The position numbers and the translations under genes were made by a program. A model generated the notes under the pieces. It ran no database searches. It had not been told where the DNA came from and was given only the letters and a program-made list of their open reading frames with translations. From positions 2,730,001 through 2,762,000 of the forward strand of contig NZ_CP042905.2 of assembly GCF_008000775.2 (NCBI RefSeq): a stretch of DNA of 32,000 nucleotides, read 5' to 3'. The stretch's first letter is position 1; each line of letters starts with the position of its first letter. Origin of the DNA: Promethearchaeum syntrophicum (GTDB lineage: Archaea; Asgardarchaeota; Lokiarchaeia; Sigyniarchaeales; Promethearchaeaceae). Shown here one piece after another: positions 1 through 8,786 of this stretch.

Positions 1-49
1 TTTTAAATTAAAAAAAAGTATATCACAAAAAAAAAAATTGGCACTGAAA

Positions 50-2194
50 ATGATGATGAAATCAACTAAAAGAACTTGCGTTTTTCTATTTCTTACTATA
101 TTCATGCTTGGATTAAGCACAACTCGACCTATCATAGCAGGAGAGGCTGAAAAAACAGAAGGAATGATCTATGCAGGGATATATTACAATGAAGCAGGAA
201 GATATTTAAGCTTAGGTGTAACAATGCGATCTAGTACTGGTGAATTTAATGATAGGATTTATTTCACTATCAACGAAACGGAATATACCATGGACCCTTT
301 CAAATACACTGGAGAAACTGGGGAGGATCTTAACTATAATTATTGGTTAAGTGGACTAAATTATGGTACGTATGAGATTAAATTTTTTCATGAAAATTCA
401 ACTGATATTTATGAATATGAAACAATATTTACTGCAAATATTACTGAATATGAATTTCATGTAGAAGAAAATACTCACTTTGGGTATACTCGAATAGGAA
501 ATACCAATAACATGAGTTTTTATGCCTATTGGGATAATGAAGTATTAACAGAAGAAATTGAAAATATTCAATTGATTTTAAATGGAACATCTCATCCGAT
601 GAGTTGGCATGAATGTTCTAAAAGATTTCTTTTTAATTTGGATTTTGGAATTCATAATTCAAATACCTACAATTATTCAATTTCCTTTTCGATGGGTAAT
701 GAAAACTTCCAAACTGAAAATAAAACATTAACGTCAAGCAATAATAAAGAAATAAGTTTTTTATCTGGAAGTTTATATCCTTTATATACTCCAGATTCTT
801 TAGATTTTAATGTAAAAGTGTCTTATAGCACATGGCAAAATGTAGAACCTATTTTAAAACTCGAAATTGACGGATTAAATCAGACTATTGAGCCCAAATT
901 CGATCTGCAGAGTATGTTCCAAGGTGATCAAATTTCTAGCGTAGATTGGACTTCTACACAACAATTAGGGATGTATAACATTTCTGGACTTGAAGAAGGA
1001 ACTAATCACTCAATTAAAGTTCATGCGTTTGATGATTCAAAATGGCTTACTGATGATTTAATGGACAATGAAACCCTAAGCACTCCTCCAGTAAATGAAG
1101 ATTTTACAATCGATATATTAAATTGGGGGTTTACACCAACAGACTGGTACACTACCTTACACATTGATATTAATGTTACCTGCCCATATCTTACAAATGC
1201 CTATGAGAGAAATGAAGCCAGTTTATCACTATACGGTCCAATGCTCAATAACTTTATTTTTCAAGGGATGGGTGAAGATGATTATAATGATGCAGATTAT
1301 TCGGATGGAAAAATATACAATTTCTCTTATAATTTTTGGAATGCAGAAGAAGTTTATGGGGAATTTACAGGAAAATTCCACATTTTCTATAAAAATCAGA
1401 CTACGACGACGACATATGGACACTACATCAGTTCAAATAACACATTTTCAATCTCTGAAACACCTGTTGCTGAATTCGGAATAAATAAGGAAGATTGGTT
1501 TCTTTATGAGAGTGGTTATGAATCAACCTATCGAGACTGTGATTATTGCAACCTGAAAGGAGTTTCATATTACATATATCGTATAGCTGATTTTGGTTAT
1601 GAACTTGGGGTTAATTATTTAGATCTCGAATACTATGAATGGGATAAATGCAATGAAAAATGGGTCTATGATTTTCCAAATTATGATTATTTAAAGCCGT
1701 ATTATTATGAGCACGATTCCTTTCCAACAAACGTGAACAATGCATCGATGAGAATTTGGATAAACTTAAATGATAATAGCTCACTAGATGATTGGACCTT
1801 TCTCCCTTTAAATAATATCTCCGATTATTTAGAAGATTGCTCCCGTTTATATTTTGAAGATAACAAGGACATTTCCAGAACTTCAGTCGAATTTTCGGCT
1901 AAATTGGGTGATATAAAATTTAATGGATTATTAGATATTGATAGAAAAGGATTTCTAATCGAAAGCTCATCCCAATGGGAATATGGAAAATATTTTACTT
2001 ACAAGGATTATGTAAAGTTAATCAATTCTGGAAATGGAGATATCCCTGAAACCATTAAAGAAAAATCAACAGCAGGAGGAAGTATTACGGTGATATTACT
2101 TGTATTAGCTATCTCCATAGCAGGGGTTGTAATAACTTATAGAAGCGAGCGATTTCCAAATTTCAATAGGTTTATTGAGAAATTAAAGAAATAA
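50..2194 (+). CDS. Secreted, C-terminally membrane-anchored surface protein, rich in N-glycosylation sequons (function unknown)
   Basis: Long ORF; the track start at 38 is TTG and the first ATG is at 50. N-terminal hydrophobic signal-like segment (VFLFLTIFMLGLS). C-terminal TM helix (ITVILLVLAISIAGVVI) followed by a basic tail. At least 17 N-x-S/T sequons counted by eye. No catalytic motif recognised. Confidence 0.7.
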   Translation: MMMKSTKRTCVFLFLTIFMLGLSTTRPIIAGEAEKTEGMIYAGIYYNEAGRYLSLGVTMRSSTGEFNDRIYFTINETEYTMDPFKYTGETGEDLNYNYWLSGLNYGTYEIKFFHENSTDIYEYETIFTANITEYEFHVEENTHFGYTRIGNTNNMSFYAYWDNEVLTEEIENIQLILNGTSHPMSWHECSKRFLFNLDFGIHNSNTYNYSISFSMGNENFQTENKTLTSSNNKEISFLSGSLYPLYTPDSLDFNVKVSYSTWQNVEPILKLEIDGLNQTIEPKFDLQSMFQGDQISSVDWTSTQQLGMYNISGLEEGTNHSIKVHAFDDSKWLTDDLMDNETLSTPPVNEDFTIDILNWGFTPTDWYTTLHIDINVTCPYLTNAYERNEASLSLYGPMLNNFIFQGMGEDDYNDADYSDGKIYNFSYNFWNAEEVYGEFTGKFHIFYKNQTTTTTYGHYISSNNTFSISETPVAEFGINKEDWFLYESGYESTYRDCDYCNLKGVSYYIYRIADFGYELGVNYLDLEYYEWDKCNEKWVYDFPNYDYLKPYYYEHDSFPTNVNNASMRIWINLNDNSSLDDWTFLPLNNISDYLEDCSRLYFEDNKDISRTSVEFSAKLGDIKFNGLLDIDRKGFLIESSSQWEYGKYFTYKDYVKLINSGNGDIPETIKEKSTAGGSITVILLVLAISIAGVVITYRSERFPNFNRFIEKLKK

Positions 2195-2222
2195 TAGAAA
2201 AAGATAGTTAAAATAGTAGATT

Positions 2223-2282
2223 ATCTGAACATAGGTTCAGATGACTACTAACCGAGAATAACTCGGTAATTTTTTCATTTTT
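2223..2282 (+). terminator. Two short hairpins followed by T-runs downstream of the surface-protein gene
   Basis: Stem 2223-2230/2235-2242 (atctgaac/gttcagat, loop atag). Stem 2251-2256/2262-2267 (accgag/ctcggt). These are followed by T6 (2270-2275) and T5 (2278-2282). Archaeal termination typically uses oligo-T tracts. Confidence 0.45.
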
Positions 2283-2532
2283 GGCTTATTTATTGAAAAT
2301 TATCAACTGATTTAAAGATATACTCTACATCCAGTGGATAAACCCACTGATTTGGGATTTTTTTTATGAGATTATTATAGAGGCGGATTCCTTTAGGAAT
2401 ATCGATAGGATTGAGATGATTTGATGGTATTGGTATAGTAGTTGGTGGATTGTGGTTATATGGACTAAATTTATGCTGTAAAACCCACTATCCATTAAAA
2501 AAAATGATTTTTGGTTTGAAATCCTCAATTTT

Positions 2533-2687
2533 TAACTATAATTTAGTGACTCAAAACGTGTTTAAGGGAAAATTGGGTTAAGATGTTGAAAAAGAATGAA
2601 AAAAATGACCAAAAAAAAATCCAAACGGCTTCATTCTTGGAAATTCAGCAAGATAACCTGTCAAATCAGCCATTAGATTCAGTGATC
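2533..2687. repeat. Copy A of a ~155-nt direct repeat
   Basis: Hand alignment to 4220-4373 in the same orientation gives roughly 90% identity. Long identical blocks at both ends: taactataatttagtgac... and ...caaatcagccattagattcagtgatc. Confidence 0.9.
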
Positions 2688-3147
2688 ATTTATTTTTCTT
2701 TTTCTCACCCAATTAATTCCTGAACACATATTCTATTAGTCGGGTTATTGTCAAACCCTCCCATCCTCTTTGAGAGGACGTTTTCTAGTCTTTTACTAAG
2801 TCATAGACAAAGACAATTAACATCATGCTGGTAGAATGAGTGAACATATCATAGAGAATGTTTGAGATAATTGAGTTTCCACTAATTCATTCTCAAGTGG
2901 ATAGTGGCGATGGTAAAAAATGTAGTTTTTGTTGAGATTAAATAAAAAAGGTATTGAAAATAAGTATTTTGAATTAATTTGAACGATATTATCAATCCAA
3001 AATTGATTTAAATTTTAGATTTTTTGGATTGTTTTATCTTTTAGTTTTGAGTTTTCCTATCAAGCTAATGAAAATTCGGTTTTTCAGCATCGAGTTTTAT
3101 TTTACATAAGAATTTCACATAAGTAGTGTATTGTCTTTTTTTATTTT

Positions 3148-3840
3148 ATGACCAACCATAATGAAAATTTCAATCTTGAAACAACGCTTGATGAAATGAA
3201 ATCTATTGGTACCGAATTACTTAGAAAGCATTATATGAAAAATGGAGCAACTGGGGAGTATTATGGTACGAAAAAAGGGGATATTCGAAAAATAGCAAAG
3301 AAAATTAAAAATAACCCACTATTTGCTAGGAAATTATGGAAGACAGAGATATTAGAAGCGAGATTACTCGCCACTCTATTATTAAAACCGATAGATATTG
3401 AATTAGATGAAATGGAAGAATTTGTGAAATCCATAAAAAACATACAAGTCGCTGATTGGTTTAATGCGTACATTGTTAAGAAGCATCCAAAAAAAGAGAT
3501 TTTAAGAGAGAAGTGGATGAAATCAAACAATCCTATGTTATTAAGAGCAGGTTGGAATTTAACATCGATAAAGGTAGTAAAAGAACCTGAAAGTCTTGAA
3601 ATGAGCTCAATTTTAGAAAGAATAGAAAATGAGATGAAAAAAGCATCACCAATTGAACAATGGACTATGAATACGACTCTTGTAGAAATTGGAATTAATA
3701 TACCTAAATATCGAAAAAGAGCGCTTGATATCGGTGAATCTTTAGGGGTATATAGTGATTACAAAGCTCCAAAAGGATGTACAACTCCATTCGCACCAAT
3801 TTGGATTAAGGAAATGGTGGAAAGAAATAAGAAGAAATAA
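3148..3840 (+). CDS. DNA alkylation repair protein, AlkD/AlkC-like HEAT-repeat family (PF08713-type)
   Basis: 230-aa ORF. The sequence pattern (YGTKKGDIRKIAKKI, LWKTEILEARLLATLLL, ADWFNAYIV, LLRAGWNL) matches my memory of the helical-repeat DNA_alkylation family. No database search was possible. Confidence 0.6.
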   Translation: MTNHNENFNLETTLDEMKSIGTELLRKHYMKNGATGEYYGTKKGDIRKIAKKIKNNPLFARKLWKTEILEARLLATLLLKPIDIELDEMEEFVKSIKNIQVADWFNAYIVKKHPKKEILREKWMKSNNPMLLRAGWNLTSIKVVKEPESLEMSSILERIENEMKKASPIEQWTMNTTLVEIGINIPKYRKRALDIGESLGVYSDYKAPKGCTTPFAPIWIKEMVERNKKK

Positions 3841-4219
3841 ACTTGATTTAATAAGAAAAAAAAAAATATACTAACTCCAAATTAGCCTAAGTCACAGACC
3901 AAACGGAATAATAAACACCGCGAATACCCGTTATGGGATGTAATTAAGGTATTTTTTCCTTCCTTCTATATTTATATCCCATCATTGCCCAGAAGTCTAT
4001 CGGTTTATGTAATTGTGATAAATAACTCATGTGAACGCATGGATATCGGTCCCACATCAGATATGGCTATTTGGTCTAATATAGACATAGCATATAACAA
4101 CAAATAATGAAAAAATGGCATGGAATAAAGTCAATAGATGGTTTGAATTATTGTATATCAACTTAGCATAATTAGCTATGATTCTAAAAAATCGTAGAGA
4201 TTAACACATTTGTACATTA

Positions 4220-4373
4220 TAACTATAATTTAGTGACCCAAAACGTGTTTAAGGGTTAATTGGGTTAATATATTGAAAAAACATGAAAAAAATAAAAAAA
4301 GATAATCCAAACGGCTTTATTCTTGGAAATCCAGCAAGATAATCTGCCAAATCAGCCATTAGATTCAGTGATC
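4220..4373. repeat. Copy B of the ~155-nt direct repeat
   Basis: Aligns to 2533-2687. It ends 20 nt from the stop codon of the minus-strand PHP gene. Confidence 0.9.
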
Positions 4374-4392
4374 TTACCTCAAATTTTTTCTT

Positions 4393-5448
4393 TCATTTTT
4401 TTTTTTTACTAAGCCACCTTTGTTTTTTTTCTTTTATCTTCGGTTTTACTAGTTTGTATATTTCAATCATAAAGAAGATCATATAAATTGATGAGAAAAA
4501 TGTAATATAAAGTAAAACGTACTGGGGATCAGAATATATTTTTTTCAAAACTTGCCCGAATTCAATGAATCCTATCATCAAAGCATAGCCAATATTAAAT
4601 TGATGAGTTATTCCATAAAGGGAACCTGATTTATTATAGAGAATATTTGTATTTTTCTGCATTAACTGTTCAAAAATTTCGTCCTCTGAAAAATTATTAA
4701 CTTTTAGCTCCGTCCATGAAAAAGTTTTCTCAGGAATATGCATATCTGAACCGGTGATAATTCCTAAATCATTTTCTAAACAATATTGATAAGATTCTTC
4801 ATCATAATCTTCCCCATTTCCGATCTCAATATAATCTGCACCCCATAAATCTAATTGTTCAATAGTTGGAAATCCTTTACACATCGATCTTGACCAAAGA
4901 ACATGATTTATTACAACAATACCTCCTAAATCATGAGTTTTTTTGAACACAGCTACAATTTCTTCATCAGAAGGATTTGAAGCGTAATTTGTTGAAGGAA
5001 TATAATCGTTAAAATTGTCTTGAGTGGTATTTGGAGGAAAAATCAAGTTAAAATGTCCTCTATTGGTTGTCCATTCCATTCCTAAAAGAACTTTAAAAGT
5101 ATTATTAAACTCATTTCGTGCAATATCTCGTATTTCATATACCCCTTCAAATGTGTTATGATCAGTTAACACCATAGCATTATATCCCAGTGCCATATGC
5201 CAAAGTATATTTTGACGCGGGGATAATTCCCCATCTGAATAATATGTATGAGAATGCCCATCAAGCAGAATATTCCATTCAGATTGGTTATAACTAGGAC
5301 TATATTGAAGCGAATCCCAATCATTATCGGTATATTTGCCATATGGAATCGGTTTGATCGTTGTTCTTATTGAAATTCCCACAAAAATTGCGAAAAAGAC
5401 GTTAAAGAATAAAAATCGAATAAGAAATGATTTCAATTTTGCTTTCAT
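4393..5448 (-). CDS. Membrane-anchored PHP-domain metal-dependent phosphoesterase
   Basis: 351-aa ORF. PHP metal-ligand motifs are present: DGHSHTYYSDG (HxH), LTDHN, MEW, INH, GSDMH. N-terminal TM (FLIRFLFFNVFFAIFVGI) and C-terminal hydrophobic segments. Confidence 0.75.
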   Translation of the reverse strand: MKAKLKSFLIRFLFFNVFFAIFVGISIRTTIKPIPYGKYTDNDWDSLQYSPSYNQSEWNILLDGHSHTYYSDGELSPRQNILWHMALGYNAMVLTDHNTFEGVYEIRDIARNEFNNTFKVLLGMEWTTNRGHFNLIFPPNTTQDNFNDYIPSTNYASNPSDEEIVAVFKKTHDLGGIVVINHVLWSRSMCKGFPTIEQLDLWGADYIEIGNGEDYDEESYQYCLENDLGIITGSDMHIPEKTFSWTELKVNNFSEDEIFEQLMQKNTNILYNKSGSLYGITHQFNIGYALMIGFIEFGQVLKKIYSDPQYVLLYITFFSSIYMIFFMIEIYKLVKPKIKEKKQRWLSKKKK

Positions 5449-5560
5449 AATCTATAATTTCATTTTGTATTATTAAAAATTATAGAAACTGCATACTGAT
5501 TGAAAATAAAAAAACAACTTTTTTTTTTAATTAAGAGTTTTCATTGGGTAGAGCAGAAAA

Positions 5561-6451
5561 ATGATACATTACAAAAGTCTTGAAAATACTGATGAAAAAA
5601 TTATATTAGAAACCCATAATAATGCATTTTCGGATTATCAAGTCCAAATGAACTGGACTCTACCACAGTTCCAAAATATTAACAAGCAAAGAGGGGTCCG
5701 ATATGATTTATCGATTGGAGCATTTGATGATGATAAGCTTGTAGGTTTTATTATTAATGGAGCAGGTGATTGGAATAATAAACCCACAGTTTATGATTGT
5801 GGCACAGGAATTATCAAAGAATATCGCCACACAGGTATAGGAACGGAAATTCTACTGCGCTTAATCACACTTTTACGAGACATGGGCATTTTTCAATATT
5901 TGTTAGAAGTGATTAAAACTAATGAAAATGCCTATCAATTATATTTAAAGCAAGGATTTGAGATAATTCGTGAATTTGATTGTGCAGTTGCAGAAATTGC
6001 GAGGATTAAAAAAAAAATTGAAGAGAGAAAAGAAGATATACAAATTATTCTAAATGATAAAGATTTTGAAATTTGCGAGATAACTCAACCAAATTGGGAT
6101 ATTTATAAGAAATTCTGGGATAAACCACCCTCTTGGCAAAATTCTATTCAAAGTATTGAACGAAATAGAGAGGTGTTAGCAATTTTGGGAATCAATCATA
6201 AGGGAACTCCTGTAGGTTATGCTGCGTTCGATCCAAGAAACGCAGGCATCGCGCAATTTGCAATCCATCCAGAATATAGAAGAAGAAAATTGGGGATAGT
6301 TTTATTAGAACAAATTATAATGAGAGCTCCAACAGCTAAACGAGTCTCGATTATTAATATTGATAAGCGTTTAAGTTCATTTATTGGATTCTATGAAAAC
6401 TTGGGCTTTAAATTATTTGCAGAACAATATGAAATGATGAAGATCATTTAA
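5561..6451 (+). CDS. GNAT-family N-acetyltransferase, two tandem GNAT domains
   Basis: 296-aa ORF. Acetyl-CoA binding motif-A-like segments occur in both halves: YRHTGIGTEILLRLI...AYQLYLKQGFE and YRRRKLGIVLLEQII...FYENLGFK. Confidence 0.75.
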   Translation: MIHYKSLENTDEKIILETHNNAFSDYQVQMNWTLPQFQNINKQRGVRYDLSIGAFDDDKLVGFIINGAGDWNNKPTVYDCGTGIIKEYRHTGIGTEILLRLITLLRDMGIFQYLLEVIKTNENAYQLYLKQGFEIIREFDCAVAEIARIKKKIEERKEDIQIILNDKDFEICEITQPNWDIYKKFWDKPPSWQNSIQSIERNREVLAILGINHKGTPVGYAAFDPRNAGIAQFAIHPEYRRRKLGIVLLEQIIMRAPTAKRVSIINIDKRLSSFIGFYENLGFKLFAEQYEMMKII

Positions 6452-6501
6452 TTAAATTTGAGTTTTTTTTGTTAAAATAGAAGAAAATAAAAAAAAAATT
6501 C

Positions 6502-7338
6502 TCATTTATCTGAATAAAATTTAATCCAGTGTTCAATTGAACGAATATCCATTTCTGGTTGAATAGGCGGATAAAAATCTGGCATTTTAATGTCTTCTGC
6601 TTTAATCCCGTTTTCTATTGATTCTTTAATAATTTTTCTTAGTTCTTTGAATAAATTTAGATGTTTCTCCATTTCCTCCCTACCAGTAAGAGGTCCATGT
6701 CCGGGAATTACATAGGCAAAATCAAGGCTGAGAATTTTCTCGAATGCTAGGATCCAATCATCTGGATTACACGTTTTATCACAAGCCCAGGGAAAACTTT
6801 CAGCAAAAATTAGATCACCTGTAAAAACAACCTTCTCTTTAGGGAAATATGCAAAAGAAGAATCTTTCGTATGGCCTCCTGTATGATATATTTCCACACG
6901 ATCGCTATTTTCCTCGTCAGAAATAATAAATTCAGATTCAAATGTAACAGTGGGTTTAAGAATTTCTATTTGATCTATTGCTTCAGCACGTTCAGGTTCT
7001 TCATTTTTCCATTCTTCAAGAGCTTCTTTAGACCATTCTCCGTTTAATCTTTCATCAATTAATTCTATTTGAGATTCATGAGCCACCCTTTCAACTTCTT
7101 TAAAAGGACCAGCTCCAAAAACATGATCTCCATGGTAGTGCGTAATAAGCAAAAATTTTACTTTTTTATTGTATTTTTTTTCAATTTCCGTTCGAAATCC
7201 CCGAGCATCAGGAGGGTACATAGTTGGATCGATTGCTACAATTGAATTGGGAAGAATTATAGCCCCTGCATTAGAATTATCAGATTGGAACATTAAAGTA
7301 TGCGGGGTTACTTCATGTATATTTTGTGAATAATCCAT
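6502..7338 (-). CDS. Metallo-beta-lactamase-fold hydrolase
   Basis: 278-aa ORF with the canonical HxHxDH motif (THYHGDHVFG) and downstream His/Asp ligands (YHTGGHT, TGDL, PGHG). Confidence 0.8.
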   Translation of the reverse strand: MDYSQNIHEVTPHTLMFQSDNSNAGAIILPNSIVAIDPTMYPPDARGFRTEIEKKYNKKVKFLLITHYHGDHVFGAGPFKEVERVAHESQIELIDERLNGEWSKEALEEWKNEEPERAEAIDQIEILKPTVTFESEFIISDEENSDRVEIYHTGGHTKDSSFAYFPKEKVVFTGDLIFAESFPWACDKTCNPDDWILAFEKILSLDFAYVIPGHGPLTGREEMEKHLNLFKELRKIIKESIENGIKAEDIKMPDFYPPIQPEMDIRSIEHWIKFYSDK

Positions 7339-7455
7339 TTTAATCGATATATTCTTAGGGGATGAAAAAGAAAAACCTTTCTAAAAAATCTATAATCATT
7401 AATAAGAAAAAAATGACTTAAAAAAAAAAAGGAGGAATTTGAAGTGGAACCAAGA

Positions 7456-7812
7456 TTAACCGGAAATTTGAGGAGTTTTTCTAGTTCTATCAAATAAATG
7501 GAGTATTGCAAGAATTGGATGATTCTTTAGCATCCGAGGGCCAGCATAACGCATGACTTCTCTAATTTTTTCTCGTTTATCTGGTTTGTAACAATGAATT
7601 GAGCAGTTTGCACAGGTAGGTTTTTTTTCTGAAAATTGGCATCTATCTACTCTTACTAATGCATAATCCAGTAATTCTTTGCAATCATCACACAAGTTTT
7701 CTTTTTCGTGATGGTGAGCCAGACAAGACATCTTTATCATAATTCCAATTGTTTTTTTTTCTCGTCTGATTCTTCGATTTTCTTTAATGATAATTGTCCA
7801 CCCTTTATCCAT
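7456..7812 (-). CDS. Cys-rich YgbA_NO (nitrous-oxide-stimulated promoter) family protein
   Basis: 118-aa ORF. CDDCKELLDYALVRVDRCQF...KPTCANCSIHCYKPDKREKIREVMRYAGPRM matches the conserved core of PF11756 as I recall it. Confidence 0.7.
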   Translation of the reverse strand: MDKGWTIIIKENRRIRREKKTIGIMIKMSCLAHHHEKENLCDDCKELLDYALVRVDRCQFSEKKPTCANCSIHCYKPDKREKIREVMRYAGPRMLKNHPILAILHLFDRTRKTPQISG

Positions 7813-7970
7813 TAAGCGGGATATTTAAAAAGCATTAATAATATTTACTCTATCTCTACATATAGAACAGATGTTTAAAATAACAAGGTAAAGATTTAAA
7901 TAATTTATGACTAAGAAATAAAATCAGAGTTTTTTTAATTAAAATGTAAAAAATAAAAAAAGTGAAAAAA

Positions 7971-8657
7971 ATGATATTACAAATTATTGAAGTGCCATTA
8001 TATGCTGTAATTCTATTATTGATTACAGGAGTAGCTGCAATATTGTTTTCAGTGTTTATGGTCTTGGATTTTCTTAAGAATAAAAAAATGCACCATTTGC
8101 TCTGGGCAATAGCTTTCTTTGTATTGTTTGTTGCAGGGGTAGTACTTGCTATTGGAAGAAATTATGCACATTTGCTGTCACCAGCAGTATCGGTTTTAGC
8201 AGTGTTTATACCCGGTGGAATAGCTGCTGGTCTTTTCTACTCGTCAGTGTTCGATGAAGAAAAATCAAAGAAATTGGGAATGGGATATGTAATCTTTGTT
8301 TTAGTGGGGGCTGTGTTAATTTTATTAACAAAAACTATTACTGCATGGGCAGAGGCAGCAAAATTTGCTGTGATGTTGGTTCATATCCCAAGCGGATTAG
8401 CGATGGTGATTTTACCATTCTTAGTTTATCAAAAACAAACATCAGAATGGACGCCTCTCTTAGTTTCAATTGGAGGCGCAATAATCGGTCTGGCAGGTAT
8501 TTTACTTGCATTTTTAGTTTCAGGATTTACTGAATTAACAGGTTTTGTATTTGGTGCTCTACCAGTTTTACTATTAATTGTGGCACTCTGTTTCGCATTT
8601 GGATTTCTTCTAACTAAGCAATGGTCTTTTGCTTTTCCGTTTATTAAAAGTGAATAA
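7971..8657 (+). CDS. Polytopic integral membrane protein (unknown function)
   Basis: The track ORF starts at GTG 7962 and the first ATG is at 7971. About 7 hydrophobic helices run throughout. No motif recognised. Confidence 0.65.
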   Translation: MILQIIEVPLYAVILLLITGVAAILFSVFMVLDFLKNKKMHHLLWAIAFFVLFVAGVVLAIGRNYAHLLSPAVSVLAVFIPGGIAAGLFYSSVFDEEKSKKLGMGYVIFVLVGAVLILLTKTITAWAEAAKFAVMLVHIPSGLAMVILPFLVYQKQTSEWTPLLVSIGGAIIGLAGILLAFLVSGFTELTGFVFGALPVLLLIVALCFAFGFLLTKQWSFAFPFIKSE

Positions 8658-8659
8658 AC

Positions 8660-8679
8660 TTTTTTTTTTTTTTATTTTT
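8660..8679 (+). terminator. Oligo-T terminator (T14 then T5) immediately after the membrane-protein stop codon
   Basis: The stop codon is at 8655-8657. T14 run at 8660-8673, then a, then T5. This is the typical archaeal intrinsic termination signal. Confidence 0.55.
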
Positions 8680-8786
8680 AAGCCTTTGAACGAAATTTCA
8701 AAGAACTAAGAGCCTTGAAGTAAAAATCGATTTGGACTAAATTCCAAATAAAAAATCTAATAAAGAGAAAATTTTTAGGTTTTAAA

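Noticed and set aside
1164-1484. Track ORFs 1164..1484(+) and 1229..1423(-), nested in the 38..2194 gene
   Set aside because: They lie entirely inside or antisense to a much longer ORF with coherent signal/anchor architecture. Their translations are low-complexity products typical of alternative frames in AT-rich DNA.
2290-2487. Start-less 65-codon open frame on the minus strand (…SPYNHNPPTTIPIPSNHLNPIDIPKGIRLYNNLIKKIPNQWVYPLDVEYIFKSVDNFQ*)
   Set aside because: It has no start codon and no recognisable family. It might be a gene remnant within the long non-coding stretch, but I cannot support that from sequence alone.
2485-2907. 10-bp inverted repeat ccactatcca (2485-2494) / tggatagtgg (2898-2907) as MITE terminal repeats around repeat copy A
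   Set aside because: Copy B (4220-4373) has no equivalent flanking inverted repeats. A single 10-bp match within a 32-kb window could be chance.
3261-3530. Antisense ORF 3261..3530(-); likewise 8345..8533(+), 13310..13498(+), 15099..15281(+), 22287..22475(-), 26082..26273(-) and 28690..28911(+)
   Set aside because: Each is embedded in, or antisense to, a longer ORF that carries recognisable domain motifs. None has a motif or context of its own.
7308-7511. ORF 7308..7511(-), bridging the MBL and YgbA_NO genes
   Set aside because: It overlaps the ends of both credible genes. It consists mostly of intergenic promoter/terminator sequence translated into F/L/K-rich peptide.
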